Below, one piece after another: positions 36,501 through 51,500 of a DNA stretch of 64,000 bases; position 1 is the stretch's first letter; each line of letters begins with the position of its first letter. This DNA comes from Veleropilina oligotropha. Lineage: Eukaryota. Where the stretch lies: the NCBI GenBank assembly GCA_048128005.1, contig JBEUKZ010000060.1, positions 1 to 64,000 of the forward strand. Reading direction: 5' to 3'. The notes under the pieces were generated by a model. That model searched no databases and was not told the origin of the DNA. It saw nothing but the letters and a program-made list of their open reading frames with translations. A program made the translations under genes and the position numbers.

Positions 36501-39500
36501 GTAATTGCGATTTTCAATTACAGCAATTAGCTAATAATTTATCCATAACAGACCGTTACATCTGGGACTACTATAAGAAGGACTGGAAGCTCTGACCAAT
36601 TAGCCGACTCGCCGTCAATAATGTGGTACTCGCTATTGTTCTCGTGTTTACCGCACTGCGCATGTACGTAGTGGGCTTTGGCTTTGTGACAAGACTATTT
36701 ATCCCCAATTAGGATGAATGCGGTAAATTATAACAGTTTGAATTCACAAAATACCTATTAAACACGAAATTCGATTAACACAACATATGATAACGAATTT
36801 ATTTTTTTAATTATTTTAATTTGTACGGTATTCTAACTAAATATATTACATAATTATTTATAATAAATAATATTCAATTCAACCTATTATTGAAAGAGAT
36901 CTATGTTAATCGTTTAATAAATTGATTGGGCAATTAAAATATAAATAAGTTCTAATGAATTTATCCTTATTACTGAATCGGAACCATATAAATGGCCCCA
37001 ACTACTTTTCTAATGGTTATCAAAACAAACGTTTATATTCAATAGAGACAATACAGGTAGCCACTAATTGCATTTTGCTTTACATGTTGTTATAATGTAC
37101 AGAGGTCAGTAATTTGTCTGCTCAATAACAGTGGGGACAACTTAAAGTTGACACTATAATGAAGTATTATTGAAATGGACCATGTTACCAGTTAGACACC
37201 CTTGATAAGCTATTTTAAGACGTAAATAATTTAATTAAATCTTCGTTTTATTTCCCTGTACAATAGCCCAGTCGATGTAAGCAAGTGTAAATTAGAAAAA
37301 AGGTGAAACTATTCCATACTAAAATGCAACAAATAAAGAAGAGAGTCCATCACATAATGAATATCAACGCTTGACATATTTAAGAAAATTGGTCGTTTTA
37401 AAATGCAAATATGTGCTATAAATATTCGTTATATTTCACTACGCAATAGATGAGTTCAAGCAATTGACTGCAAATAAAAAGATGGCGCAAATATCAAAAA
37501 GTATAATGTAACAACTGGCGAGGAGAAGAAGTTGCAAAATCGAGTACTTGACACTGTGAAAATATTAACGCTTAACATATTACGGAAAAATCGTCATTTT
37601 TAAATGCAATTATACGATATAAATCTTCGTCAAATTTCACTTCACAATAGAAGAGTCGAAGCAATGGGATATAAATAAATGATGGGCAAGATATTCAAAA
37701 GTAAAGTGTAGCAGCTGACGAGGAGAAGAAGTTGCAAAATGTACTATTCTCATCGACGCCATTTTGGATTTTCGTAAATAACCCAGAACATACAATATCA
37801 TAACACTTATCTATGCTTTTTGACATAATTTTAACGATATAAGCACATACACCCAATCTACAATATATATAATATCTATTTATGTTCATACAGATGTCTG
37901 ACAAATAGTAGCGAATAGTTTATTTGGGATTCAATTAGCAGGTTGTTGCTATACTTATTAGATTGCAGGCGAACTCTCGTCTATTAACGCCGAGTATGTG
38001 ATTTCAGCGCGATCTTAAAAAGTTGCCAGTCCCTGTAGTATAGTAGTCCCAGGTTACATGAACAACTCATTTCTGATATTTATTTAATATTCAATACAAA
38101 ATCTACATACACATACCGGTCGTGTTCCACATCCCAGCGCAAATCGTTTTCAGACACGCTTCTCGCTAGAAAAACATGGCGACTTCTCCTGTCGTGTAAG
38201 TCAAATCACCACTTTTTGTTAAATATAAATGAGTAAATGTTTCTTCATTTATAATTGTTATGCATGTAAAGTTTGTCTCTAATGTAAATATCAATTAAAT
38301 TTATGAATTGATTTTAACAATATTGTTGATTCTTTTTACAACAGAATGAAAACCATGAAAGAACTATATTTTGCACAATGGAAAGGCTGTTCCGTTAAAT
38401 GGGTGTTACCTTACGATATACAATATTTACTGTATCATCACAAACTAAATATTATACTTATTTTTATTGGATTCTGGTTAAATACTAATGTAAATATAAG
38501 GATTGATCTGCATTTTGTTTGCATTTATGCTGGTATGAATGCAACCAGCAATTACACATTCTAACTGGAGCGCTAGCGCGCAACATAGAAGATGTAATTG
38601 CTGGTTGCATTCATACCAGCATAAATACAGTTCAATCCCTATATATATGTAAATTATTGTGCCATTTCAATGCAATGTTAACATAATATTATCAAATAAT
38701 TAGTCAATAATTAGTCACATACTACAAACAAAAGCTATACAACAAGAGAAAGTACATTTCACATAATTTATTATATTTATTTATTATATATTATATGCCA
38801 CTAGCCGCGCGTTAGGAACCGCGCATATGGAAAACGGTCTTTTACGATGCGTAAATAAAATAATATTTCACAACGCATAAAATAAAATGAAATTTAAAAT
38901 TGACATCTATATTATAGGGCTAATATATTAATTTTACGCGCACATGAGTTCGTAGCTTCCTCATGTCTCATTCTCCTCCTTCCTCACTTTTCTTGTCCGG
39001 GCTAGATCTCAGGTCCTATACATGCCAGCATTATTTTCTTTAGTATGTTCAATCGTCCAAGCATGCCATTGTGCTTTTTGGCAAAATTTTGCGAAAATGA
39101 CCTTCGACCTAATGACCTTCGACCTTGATCTAATGACCTTTGACCTCAAAATCGTGTTCGGCCTGGTTCTCGGAGATGTCAAATGGTATCCTTTTAATTT
39201 CTTTGTAGATGAATGGCCCACACGTCAGGCATGTGCAGGACGCTAAAATTTTGCACCTTTGACCTTGGCACTGACCTTGGTAGAAAATTTCATATTTGGG
39301 CATTTTTATATTTTATTGTTTTGTTAATTTGTTTACACCAAATTTTTTCCTCAGGGTGAGTACATTATATATAACAATGTTCAATTTTGTTGTTCCGTCA
39401 AAGGTCAAGGGCACAGAGGTCAAAATGTACTTTCCTGACACACACCTTGTCCGGGCTAGATCTCAGGTCCTATACATGTCAGCATTATTTCATTTAGTAT

Positions 39501-42500
39501 GTTCAATCGTCCAAGCATGCCATTGTGCTTTTTGGCAAAATTTTGCGAAGACGACCTTGATCTAATGACCTTTGACCTCAAAATCGTTTTGGGCCTGGTT
39601 CTCGGAGATGTCAAATGTTATCCTTCTAATTTCTTTGTAGATGCATGGCCCACACGTCAGGCATGTGCAGGATGCTAAAACTTTGCACCGTTGACCTTGG
39701 CACTGACCTTGGTAGAAAATTTCATATTTGGGCATTTTATATTTTATTGTTTTGTTAATTTGTTTACACCAAATTTTTTCCTCAGGTTGAGTACATTATA
39801 TATAACAATGTTCAATTTTGTTGTTCCGTCAAAGGTCAAGGTCACAGAGGTCAAAATGTACTTTCCTGACACACACCTTGTCCGGATTAGATCTCTGGTT
39901 CTGTACATGTCAGCATGATATCCTGTGGTGTGCTAACCCCCTTAACATGCCATTGTGCAAGGCGGCTTAATTTTCCGAAAATGACCTTTGACTCCTAAAT
40001 CGTGTCCAGCCTCGTTCTCTAAGATTTCAAATCTTATCCTTCTAATTTCATTGTAGATGCATGGCCAACACTTCAAGCATGTGCATGGCGCTAAAATTTT
40101 GCCCTTTTAACATTTGACCTTGGCACTGTGACCTTGATGAAAAATTTCCATATTGGGATTTTTATATTTTATTGTTTTCTTAATTTTTTTCCGCCAAATT
40201 TTTCCCTAAGGGTAAGTGCAATTGTATAACAATGTTCAGTTTTGTTGTTCGGTCAAAGGTCAAGGTCACAGAGGTAAGAATGTACTTTAGAGAACACAGA
40301 CTTTGTGCGGCCTATATCTCAGATCCTATACATGCCAGCATGATTTCCTTTCATATATTATTCACCCCTTACATGACATTGTGCAAGGCAGTGAAATTTT
40401 CCAAAAATGACCTTTCACCTTGCCTTAATGATCTTTAATTTGATCCCCACATTGTGTCCGGGCTTGTTCTTCGAGATTTCAAATCGAATCCATCCTTTTG
40501 ATTTATTTGTAGATGCATGGCTTACACTTCAAGCATGTGCAGGACGATAAAATTTTGTGTTCCCTTATTGATTTTCAATAGGTTGTGACTTTTGGAACTT
40601 CATGAGGGTCTGAGTGTGGAACGATTCTCTCAAACGGAGAGACATATGTTTTTGTTCACACAAAAACAACTCCTCTAGTTTAATTTGGACCTAAATTCGA
40701 TGAAATATAATTATTATGATCATTGATAATCTTTTGTGTGTTGTTCATATCTTATCAAAGATCCTAAATGCAATTAAATATTCAACAATCCTCCATTTGC
40801 CCTGCACAAATCATACAACGGCCATCTTGGATGAGATCACGCCGCTCTCTCCAAAGCGGCGTAATCAGCGTACGCCGTGGGGTACTTTTTACCTTCACGC
40901 CGCGGCAAAGGTTAGCCAGCTCACATCAAATCGCTTGCCGGCTGACAAAACAAGCAGGTCTATAGGCATAGATCGTTTCTACTTACAATATATTGGCATT
41001 TATAGTAATTACATGTGTAGCCTAACAGTAACTGCTTCGGCGGGTGAGTGAAGAGCACGTCAGACACTCAACCGAGACTGTCAGGAGGGACCGGATTCGA
41101 GGTCAGCCAGCGGCTTATTCTACCGCTTAAAATAATAGATGGCATATCCCTAATGTATGTCAGTCAGATCAGAGTGGTCGTAAACAAAGTTGCCAACCAA
41201 CTCGCGTAGCCTTGAATTTGAAGTCGTTTATAAAAACAATCACTGTTGTTCTTCTTTTGTGAACTGTGCACAAAAGTTTTGCACCAACTGCTTATATAAA
41301 TGCAGAATGACAGACACAACTTTTAATGAGAAAGAAAAGTGTCGCAGTAGCAACAGGAAGCACACAATTATGCCCATTTCCTTATTTTATATTCAATTAT
41401 ACCAGTGCATGTAACATGTTGATCTGGGTCGGCTAATGGTTATGAAACTAGATCACGACGCTTGCTACCTGACTTGGATTCTCCAGTGTGCCGAGAATCT
41501 TTCACCGGTTTGAGCCGTGCCCATTGCACACAATATCCATCTATCGGATAAAGACGTTAAACCGTGGACCCGGCTACAGATACAACTGAATAATTGTTAT
41601 AGTGTGGTCATAAAACTCTAGATTTTATATGCTGTTAACATTTAAATTTAATTCATCGTATATAACAATGTCATGTTCTAGGTTTCTGGAGAGCAAAGAT
41701 ATCCGTTGTCTTGATGAGACGCGTCTTGGCAGCCAAAACGAAGGAGGTTGGGACATCTGCATTGCTGCTCCATTTGCCATGCAACCCCCTTGCCTCGTAT
41801 ACTCTTTTGGGTAAGTCCGCTGTGCCATTTGCCATGCATCCCCTTGCCTTATATATGCTTTTGTATACTCTTAGTGGCATGCAAACTTGTATTATACGGG
41901 CAATTATGAATACAATGGCATTTCTATACTACCATTTTTGGCCCGCCTTCTAAAGGCAGGGCTATAGCCGTGTACTGGCGTCCGTCGTCCGTCCGTCGTC
42001 CGTCCGTCGCCTGATGCTTTCTGTCACATAGAAGATGAACCGCTGGACTTACTCCTTTCATATTGGGTATGCACCTTGTATACCATCAGGCCTAGCCCAA
42101 GTTCAAAGATGGGGTCGCTGGGTCAAAGGTCAAGGTCATTTTCGTGTATTTCCGTTCTGGCACTTCGAAGATTGCTTTCTGTCACATAGAAAACGAACCG
42201 CTGGACCTACACTTTTCATATTGGGTATGCACCTTGTATACCATCAGGCCTAGCCCAAGTTCAAAGATGGGGTCGCTGGGTCACAGGTCAAGGTCATTTT
42301 CGTGTATTTCCGTTCTGGCACTTCGAAGATTGCTTTCTGTCACATAGAAGACGAACCGCTGGACCTACACCTTTCATATTGGGTATGCACCTTGTATACC
42401 ATCAGGCCTAGCCCAAGTTCAAAGATGGGGTCGCTGGGTCAAAGGTCAAGGTCATTTTCGTGTATTTCCGTTCTGGCACTTCGAAGATTGCTTTCTGTCA

Positions 42501-45500
42501 TATAGAAGATGAACCGCTGGACCTACAGCTTTCATCTTGGGTATGCACCTTGTATACCATCAGGCCTAGCCCAAGTTCAAAGATGGGGTCGCTGGGTCAA
42601 AGGTCCAGGTCATTTTCGTGTATTTCCGTTCTGGCACTTCGAAGATTGCTTTCTGTCACATAGAAGACGAACCGCTGGACCTACACCTTTCATATTGGGT
42701 ATGCACCTTGTATACCATCAGGCCTAGCCCAAGTTCAAAGATGGGGTCGCTGGGTCAAAGGTCAAGGTCATTTTCGTGTATTTCCGTTCTGGCACTTCGA
42801 AGATTGCTTTCTGTCACATAGAAGATGAACCGCTGGACCTACAGCTTTCATCTTGGGTATGCACGTTGTATACCATCAGGCCTTGGTTAAGTTCAAAGAT
42901 GGAGTCTCTGGGTCAAAGGTCAAGGTCATTTTCGTGTATTTCCGTTCCAGATGGCACTTTGAAGATATAGAGTTATTGATTATTTTCCTCTCTATGGATT
43001 TATATATCCAAAAGGCGGGCCTGTATGAGGATCGTACCTCTAGTTACAAATGCATGTAACACATATATCCCTCTCATTAACTCGTTCTGTTGTCGACAGC
43101 AGCAGTCAGGAATATTTATTATAGTATGTGCGATTTATTTTAATATTGAACAATATTGACAGGAAATACAAAGCTTATACATATCTGTGAGCATCTGATA
43201 TAATAATATAATGTTAGGGTAACATTGTCTGAGGATGTGATGTGTGTATATTACGCTATTAAAAGTGTTTTATTTGAGATTTGTCGCGTTTTAGCATTGA
43301 CAATGACTGGCGTTTTGAAGATACGATTGCAAAGCGTTACAGATGTCGCATCCTAGCATATGACCCCAGGTAAGTCACATATATAGAAATATTGTGCCGT
43401 GCACACAGGTTTGATTTAAAACATTATTGTAATATCTTAGTTGATTAACAAGGATTAGTTGGGTATTTGGATGAGCAAGCACAACAATATCTCATGACTT
43501 GATTCAAAGACAAAGAAACTTGTAGATGGAGGTATTTATAGTGTTGCATTCTTCTGGCCCTACAGAGAGGGGGCATTGTGGTCAAGTGGGTAGAATGCTG
43601 GGCCGGTATTCATAAAGATACTTAAGTCTGAAAAATTGCCTAAATGCACTCCTAAGATAGGTGCTACGAACAAGTGTGATTCAATATTCTACCTATCTCA
43701 GACAATACACCTATGTCTCGTCCTAGATTTAGGACACCGAGGCTGGCATAACTCTAAGACATTAGCAATGAATTGGAATAAAAATACATTAAGGAGCCAT
43801 GCACTTCCCAGTTGCAACGGTAGAACCTAATGCCTATCATTTCAACAAATTGCAGCTGATATCGTACATACCGTATAATATCTCAGTCAAGTATGTATCA
43901 AATTATTACACAAATAAATTATGACACCTAGGCCTACTTTTGTCGATGGAGAGCGTTGTACAGTTTCCATCGACGAACATTGTAATCCACAGACTATAAG
44001 ATGCGTTTATGAAATTCCCCATTTTCTTGGGGTAATGAAAGCGGTTTATAAAACTCACAAATGGATTGACGCAACATGAATGGCGATATATTTACAGGAC
44101 TATTATTTTATCATTGCCCTGGCCAAGGGCGGATCCCCGATTTTGAAAAGGAGGGGTCCAACTTTGACCAAATATACTATCAACTGTCCATGTGATGGCG
44201 TGGCCCCGCGCGGAAGAAACTTCCATATTGCATTGTTATAGTGCAAACGTGATATTTCTTACCAACATTTGCAAGCCAACTTCACTAAATTGTATGAGTC
44301 AATTTTTCGTGTTTTTACAATCAATCATGCATTTCTGATTTTCATATGAGGTCCGGACCACCTAGACCCCCATAAAATTTTGCCTATTAATGGGGTGAAA
44401 CTCCCTCTCCTGCATTCTGACAGTGCAAACGCTCTCTTTCCTATCAACATTTTCGCCGCTAAATTGTATGTGTAAATTTGACGTTTTTTGTCAATCAAAC
44501 AGATGCGTTTCTTATTTTCAAAAGGATGGGTCCGGACCACTTTGTACCCAGAAAATTTTGACAATTGACTGTGTGAAACCACCTCTCCTGCCTTCTGGCA
44601 GCGCAATCGCGATATTTCTCATCAACAATTATGAACCATTTTCACTAAAATGTATAGGCTTAAGTAAACTATTTGTTTCTTTCACAGGGTTAGGGGGTCC
44701 GACCTCCTGGACCCCCTCTGATCCGATAGGACAGTATGTGAAGAATACAATATTCAAATGTATTAACATTCTGGCTAAGTTGTTCGGCATTGAGAAGTAT
44801 AGGCATACCCACGTCTCTGTTATATTCCGGGAAAGGCAATTACTGTCTACAACAATAGAACAAAGTGGTTGTTTGACGCTCTTCTTGCATAGCAACGACT
44901 TTGCGGAAGGTTTACGCAACACACTTAAGTTATTCCATACACTTAGTTATGTGTGTTGCTTATGGTCGTTTATGAATCCCAACGTAGGTGATACACATAG
45001 TTAGTCATGTCACATAGACTTAGGGTGCATCCTAAAATAAGATTTTTTTATGAATACCGGCCCTGGTCTGCTACTCAATTCCGGGGAGTGTCAGGGATTT
45101 TTCCCATGATCGCTTCCTCAATTACACACAGCACCAACTCATTTCATCATTCATCAAGTTGATTGACCTGATATATGGCTGAAATTCTGTTGTCGTGGTC
45201 GTTAAACATCAATTCATCATCATAAAAAAGTTTAAATAAGATAAATTATATACAAAGACTTTATATATAACGGATGATGCCATTATTCATAATCATATCA
45301 TATTGAAAACGGACAGGCTAGCTTCACGAAAATTGTTACACATTATCTAGGGTGAACAGTTGTGCCTTTTGCTGCTTTTAATTTTCTGAAATTTTAATTT
45401 TTTTAAATTGTGAAAATAAGATTTAAGTATATTATAATGGACGAGAATCACCCTTTAGGCTCACATTAAGAAGTTTTAATGTGGGAACATTGATGCTTGG

Positions 45501-48500
45501 TGAAACCTGGCAGATTATTTTATTACTTAAAATAATAGAAAGCATATGCCAGTCAGATCGAAGTGAGATCATAAACCAGGTGTCCAGACTGCGATACCGG
45601 TACTGATGAAAACTTTCCAAAAGTCATCAATGTACCTAATTGTAACCCAGAATGCCATTGCACAGTGTGTTCGTTCATTCATGAATTCCATTTGAATTTC
45701 TGTTATGACAGCATGGTTACAAAAGACCACGATCGTAGTGCTGAAATCCGATTCAGGAGATCTGGATTGGGGCATCAGAACGAGGTGAATCGTAACGGGT
45801 GGATCCTGAAAACCCTGCTAACGTACCTAGAAGAAGACCGCTTCACTCAGGTATGATATTTTTGCGCCATTAAAATTTGACGTTGATCACAAACTAAATC
45901 TCGTTAAGAAAACTTTAAGCTTTGAGAACTAGAATGACATTAAGCAGTGACATTGAAGTAATATGGAACTTTAATCTCATGATGAAGTGATCCACCGGTC
46001 AGTATTCTTTAAAATAGTCCCAGGCTTGTACAAATAATTTTGATGACCACTTGTCTAAGGGCAAGTGAATTCCAAAACTCCACTTGTTCCAGCTGACCTT
46101 CTTTGGATGACATAAATCTGAAATTGCAATATTATAATAATTCCAGGTAGGAGAAATAATTATTCTACCACACCAGTTAGGTTTGAGCAATGGTCCATTG
46201 TCCTTTTCCTTTTCCTTGGGATTTGACAGAAAGCATCAATTGCCAGACTAAACTTTTCAGTTTCCCTGGCACTGGGCAATTTGATTTGAGCAAGCTTGAG
46301 TCAAAATTCTGCTATGGGTCTGTTGCCTTTCTAAAGAACAGTGGCCCGCGATTACCATTCCGCTGTTATTAAATGAATCGCCTTACCTATTGCTCCACAC
46401 CTGATACAAATGATAGGAGGTTCGGTTTATCATAAGACTTTATTTTGAGAGTTTTAAAAACAGATTTAGCATGATATTCAGTAGGTCATAGGTCAATATT
46501 GTGTGTATTCACCCTGTGTAGGAATGGTACAGTGTCTCCTCATGCTGGATGCAAGTCTCTGATAATGATAATATATTTGCCGTCGTGGCTCAGTGGTAGT
46601 CCACTGGCCTCTCATCGAGAGGTTTGTGGTTCAATCCCCAATCCTGGCGAGTTCCATTGGGCAAGAAATTAAGCACATATGCCTCGATTTCACCCAGCCG
46701 ATCTGAGTGGGTGGGTACCTGGTTGGCAGTAACGGAAATTGTCATTATGACAAGTTGATGTGCCGATAAATGGCATCTCGGCTGTAATAGTTTCAAATAG
46801 AGTTGAGATGGAATATTGAATAGAACAGGCCGGTAACCAGGGAATAATAATTATGTAGCGCTTTGAGCAAGCATTAGTGCATGGAAAGGTGCAATATAAG
46901 AAGCCAACATTATCATTATGCAAGTCTCTGGATCTTCACATGAAGAAATCTTTTCCATTCTTTGTGAAGTGTACATTCTGCACTACAATATGTCCCAAAT
47001 ATGCTCAATGTGGTTAAGATAAGAGCTCCTTGCTGGCTATTATAATGTTGCATTCTGCTTCAGATGATTGAGAACGACTATGGAACTGTGTCATCAATGA
47101 ACACTGATGAACTGATTGTCAAAATGAGAAATCACAACTCCACGCAAGATATCGTCTTGGTGCCTTCGACTGATTTCGAGACTCACCTGCATTTATAAAA
47201 TGCAGCTTAAAGTCATACGAGATGCACCAAAAGAAATGATTTCAAGAAGATAAACGACTGATGCCAGTATGATTAGCATCCATTGCCTGTTCTTTTCTCT
47301 GCATGACATGCCAGCGTTGTGCATGCCAATGATTTGCTCTTTTGCATCAGATGACCTTTATCTTGCTACCATGTTTACGTTAAATATCAACCTTTAAAAA
47401 CCTTAACATTGAAATGATATTTTAGCAAATCTAAATTGCAAATTTGTACAGGACACCTTGTGTGTCTGGTTTTGTCGTGCATGGAGATACTGAGATAAGC
47501 ATGAATCTGTGCACGTCCTTTAAGATGATATACTCCATCATACATTAAGAAATGTTATCGAATGGTTTGTACATTGTCACGTTCTCTCGGCAGTTTAAAC
47601 AGTGCCATAAGCCTGGATTTATATTATGTTATAAAAAGATTGAAAGATTCTCAAGAAGTTTAGTGGGTGATGCTTTTGTTGAGAGCTTATCTTCAAAATA
47701 GCTTCTCGAAATCTTTTACCAACACTTACTTGAGTGAGGACAATGCCACCTTGGTCTCTGGCTTGCAGCCTTCATGTTCTTCATATTCTGATGTTCATCC
47801 ACTCTAGGCCACTGACTTGAAACATTCTGGTTTGCAAGATTCTGTGGATCATGTCTCCTAATGCTCTGGCTTGAAACGTTCCTGTTCTAAATATTCTACA
47901 CAGATCATCAGCAGCATTTACAAACAGCAGAATTAAAAAACTTTATTATACTAATGAGCTAGTTTTGAACCGAGGATTAATAATAAGTTTGTAGGTATTA
48001 AATTTAAATTGTTAATTTAATAATTTAAAGGTCAAGAAAATTGTAGATAACAGTACCGGTAACTGAATATGGTTCAACTTATAACAGCACCGTATTGATT
48101 TTCGTTGAGTGTGTTTTGCAAACAGTATCTATATCTGATTTTTTTTCCATGCATGGGATTAATTCCCTGCAGTGCTTGGCCGATATGCATGATGCCAGCG
48201 GGCAATTTCTGTTCACACATCTATACTAGGTCTTGTGTTGTGTGCTATAATTTCATGCCTGCTTTTTATACGCTCGTTTACGGAACGTATATCCCGGAAC
48301 ATAATCCACGAGTGCCAGCTGGTGGCACGAGTGGATTATGTTCCGGGATCCAACACTGCCTCATTAGTTAACGTATTTAATCCATTTTGACCTAGTTTAA
48401 CATACAGTAAATTATAAAATTTGAAGAACTCGTTTAATAAAATGTGTGAAATATAGTTTGTTTTCAGAAAATTCTCTGTAAAATTAATTACACCTACGGG

Positions 48501-51500
48501 ACCCTCCACCGCGCTTATGAATAGCCATTAATTGATAGTTAAGGTGACAAAGAAACTCCAGTGAAATATATTCCTCGTTCTGCAACAGCTTTTGGCCCAT
48601 TCGTGCCTCGTGGTCACTCATTTCTCAATATGGAGTCGGCGATATATTGCTGTTAACGCCAGCAACAGGTCAGTAACTTAAAATACAGATGAATTTATGC
48701 CTCTGAAGTGTTATTGCTATAATATTATAATAACAGTACATGCAGTTACTTTGAAAATTAATGTTGCATAATATAACAAAATGTTAACATACAGCCCAAT
48801 TTAATCACAAAAATGCACACGTTCCCAAATGCATTACAATGTATATATTTACCAGTATATGTAATAAATCCATTATTCACAGGAACCCTGGCGTATATCC
48901 CTTTTTTAATGACATTTCGAGTTCCGATGTTGAAATATGTGACGAACTGATGCGAGTAGAAGATGAACTATCCACAGTATCCAAAGATAACGGAGAACCC
49001 CAGCCTACGTCACGAATAAGACGAATATTCCAAGACGATGAAATTGAATCGCTGAATAACAAAAGGTTTGTAATTTTATTAGTAACTTCTGATATACAAA
49101 ACATTAATAGGAGTATACCGGTTCATGCAGATGTCAATGTTGACATTTTTACCTCCGCCATCAGAGATGGACCGAGGTTATGTATTCACCCCGGTCTCTT
49201 TGTCTGTCTGTCTGTTAGCAGAATTACTCAAAAAGTTATGGACGGATTTCGATGATGCAATGATCATTCCATTAGATTTTGGTGAGGATCCGGATTGCGG
49301 ATCCGGTTTCTGGATCCGGAACATGAATTTCCTTAAATTTGCCATAGCGGGATAATATTAGCCGTAGAAAGTTCTAATTGGTATCAAGTGATTCCCATGA
49401 TGATTCCGCGTGAAATGTACTAGAGATCCAGATTCGTGATCTGGACCTGCGTGATCCGGATTCTGGAATCTGATCATGGATTTCCTTAAATCTACAATAT
49501 CGGAAGAACTTTTAGTCTAAGAAACTTCTGATTGGTATCAAACGCAATCTATTAGATTTTGAAGCGGGCGGAGGTCTGCGCTCTACCGAGTGCCATTCTA
49601 CTTTTTTAAAGTTATGGTATTTGGGTTTAATATATGTAGGCCTATATCATATAATGTTTTGTATTTTTCAGCTTTTCTGATAACACTAAAAAAATGAAAT
49701 GGGCGATGACACTACGTGTATATGATAAATGGAAAAGTGAGAGAAATTCCATGGCAAAATTCGATGCAACGATTAGCAAAATTGAACCAGAATTTTTGGA
49801 TTTGACGAAAGACGAATTGAACTTTTGCATCTCCCAATTCATTTTTGAAATTAAAAAAGATAACGGCGATGAGTATCCAGTAGAAACGTTATACGGGCTT
49901 GTAGTCGAGTTTCAGTTTTGTTTACAAGCAAATGGGAAATGCTACAAGCGTCTTAGCGAGGATTGCTTTATCCAGATTAGAAACACACTGGATCACATCA
50001 TGAAGGAGCGAACCGCTGCGGGCATCGGAACTGACAAACGAAAGGCTGCAGTGATCACAGTTGAAGAAGAAAATAAAATGTGGGAAGATCGTGTTCTTGG
50101 CAGCGACACGCCTAGGCGCCTTTTAGATATGTTAGTGTATTTAATTGGCCTTAATTATGCTTTCCGTGGTGGTATGGAACATCTAAATTTGCGTTTTGTG
50201 AATCCTCAATTAACCTTAGTTACGCCATCTGGAGAAGAAGTTCTTCGTTATAAAGAAGACCAATCAAAGGCTAATCAAGGTGGATTAACAAGCCGGAAGC
50301 TGTCACAAAAAATTGTGTATGCTTTTCGAAACAGACAACACCCAGAGAGGTGTTGATTCGCTACCACAAGTTGTATGTACACCATTGGTAAGTATAACTG
50401 TATGGAATGCCCAGCCAATTTTGCTCATATTATGGATTATCCATGATTGATTGCATGACATGTTAACAAACAATTTAATTTTGTCCTTTTTTGGTGCATA
50501 TTGAACATAACTAGAAATCTGAAATATGTCACTCGTCAAAATACTGATGAGAGCCGATGTAATCAATGCTATTTTAAACATTACTCGATAGGTCAGCATG
50601 TTACAAATTTTGAAAACTTTCACGCAGATATGGTAATGCTAATTATTATATGCCAGTCGTTTTCTGACGCCTATTCTCGCGCAGTTTTCCGAGACCCTGT
50701 ATCACGGACACGGCTGATATGGAAACGGAAAACGTCTCCTGCTTATATATGCACAAGAAACCGTCTCCTGCTTATATATTCAAGGAACTACTTCCAAAGC
50801 AGTCACGTGTCAAAACACAGCTGTTCACATTCAATAACGATCTGAGTGGACAGAGGCAGACGTCATTTGATTAAAATACCATAGATGAAAATACCATAGA
50901 GAAAAATGTACAAAATTAGAAATTAATTATTATATATTAGAATAAAATGATGTACATGTATGCAAAAAATAATTATTTATAAGACTTACTTGCACAGATT
51001 AATTAGCAGTACGCCACTAACGTCGAGAATGCGTGCCCCATTTGGGCGTACAACTGTATACAGGGAATACAAACGGTAGCGACCAGACGATCTTCAGAAC
51101 TCACCGAAATACCCCTTTTATCTGTCCATAAACCACGCTAGAAAAGCTGCTGGTAATTTGTACAAATCTCAACCTCTTGGGAAGGCAGTATCCGTAATGG
51201 TAATATGCGATTATGCTCAACATTGCGCCCGGCACATTACCGGGAGAAGAAGATATAACAAATGGCGGTCTTCATGGCAGGAAAACAAATCACGAGCTCA
51301 CGTACGTTCCGAAGTCCTCCCGTACCATATACATAATAGTCCCGTTCCAGTCAGTCCTCGAAGCAGCATTCAAATATCCTTATACACCTGCACTTTCAGC
51401 ATAGCCATAACAATTAATTCAACTCTATAAACGAACACGTCTGACCACGTTACTTGTTTGTTCCTTGTTCATTCGCCTAAGAAATAGTTCCCATTTAATC

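Noticed and set aside
42015..42970. Repeated 67-aa ORFs / CRISPR-like periodicity
   Set aside because: This is a 158-bp tandem array inside a HINE with no unique spacers, no cas genes and a eukaryotic context.
46579..46655. tRNA gene
   Set aside because: A and B boxes are present but there is no clean cloverleaf, and it continues into a SINE body and tail.
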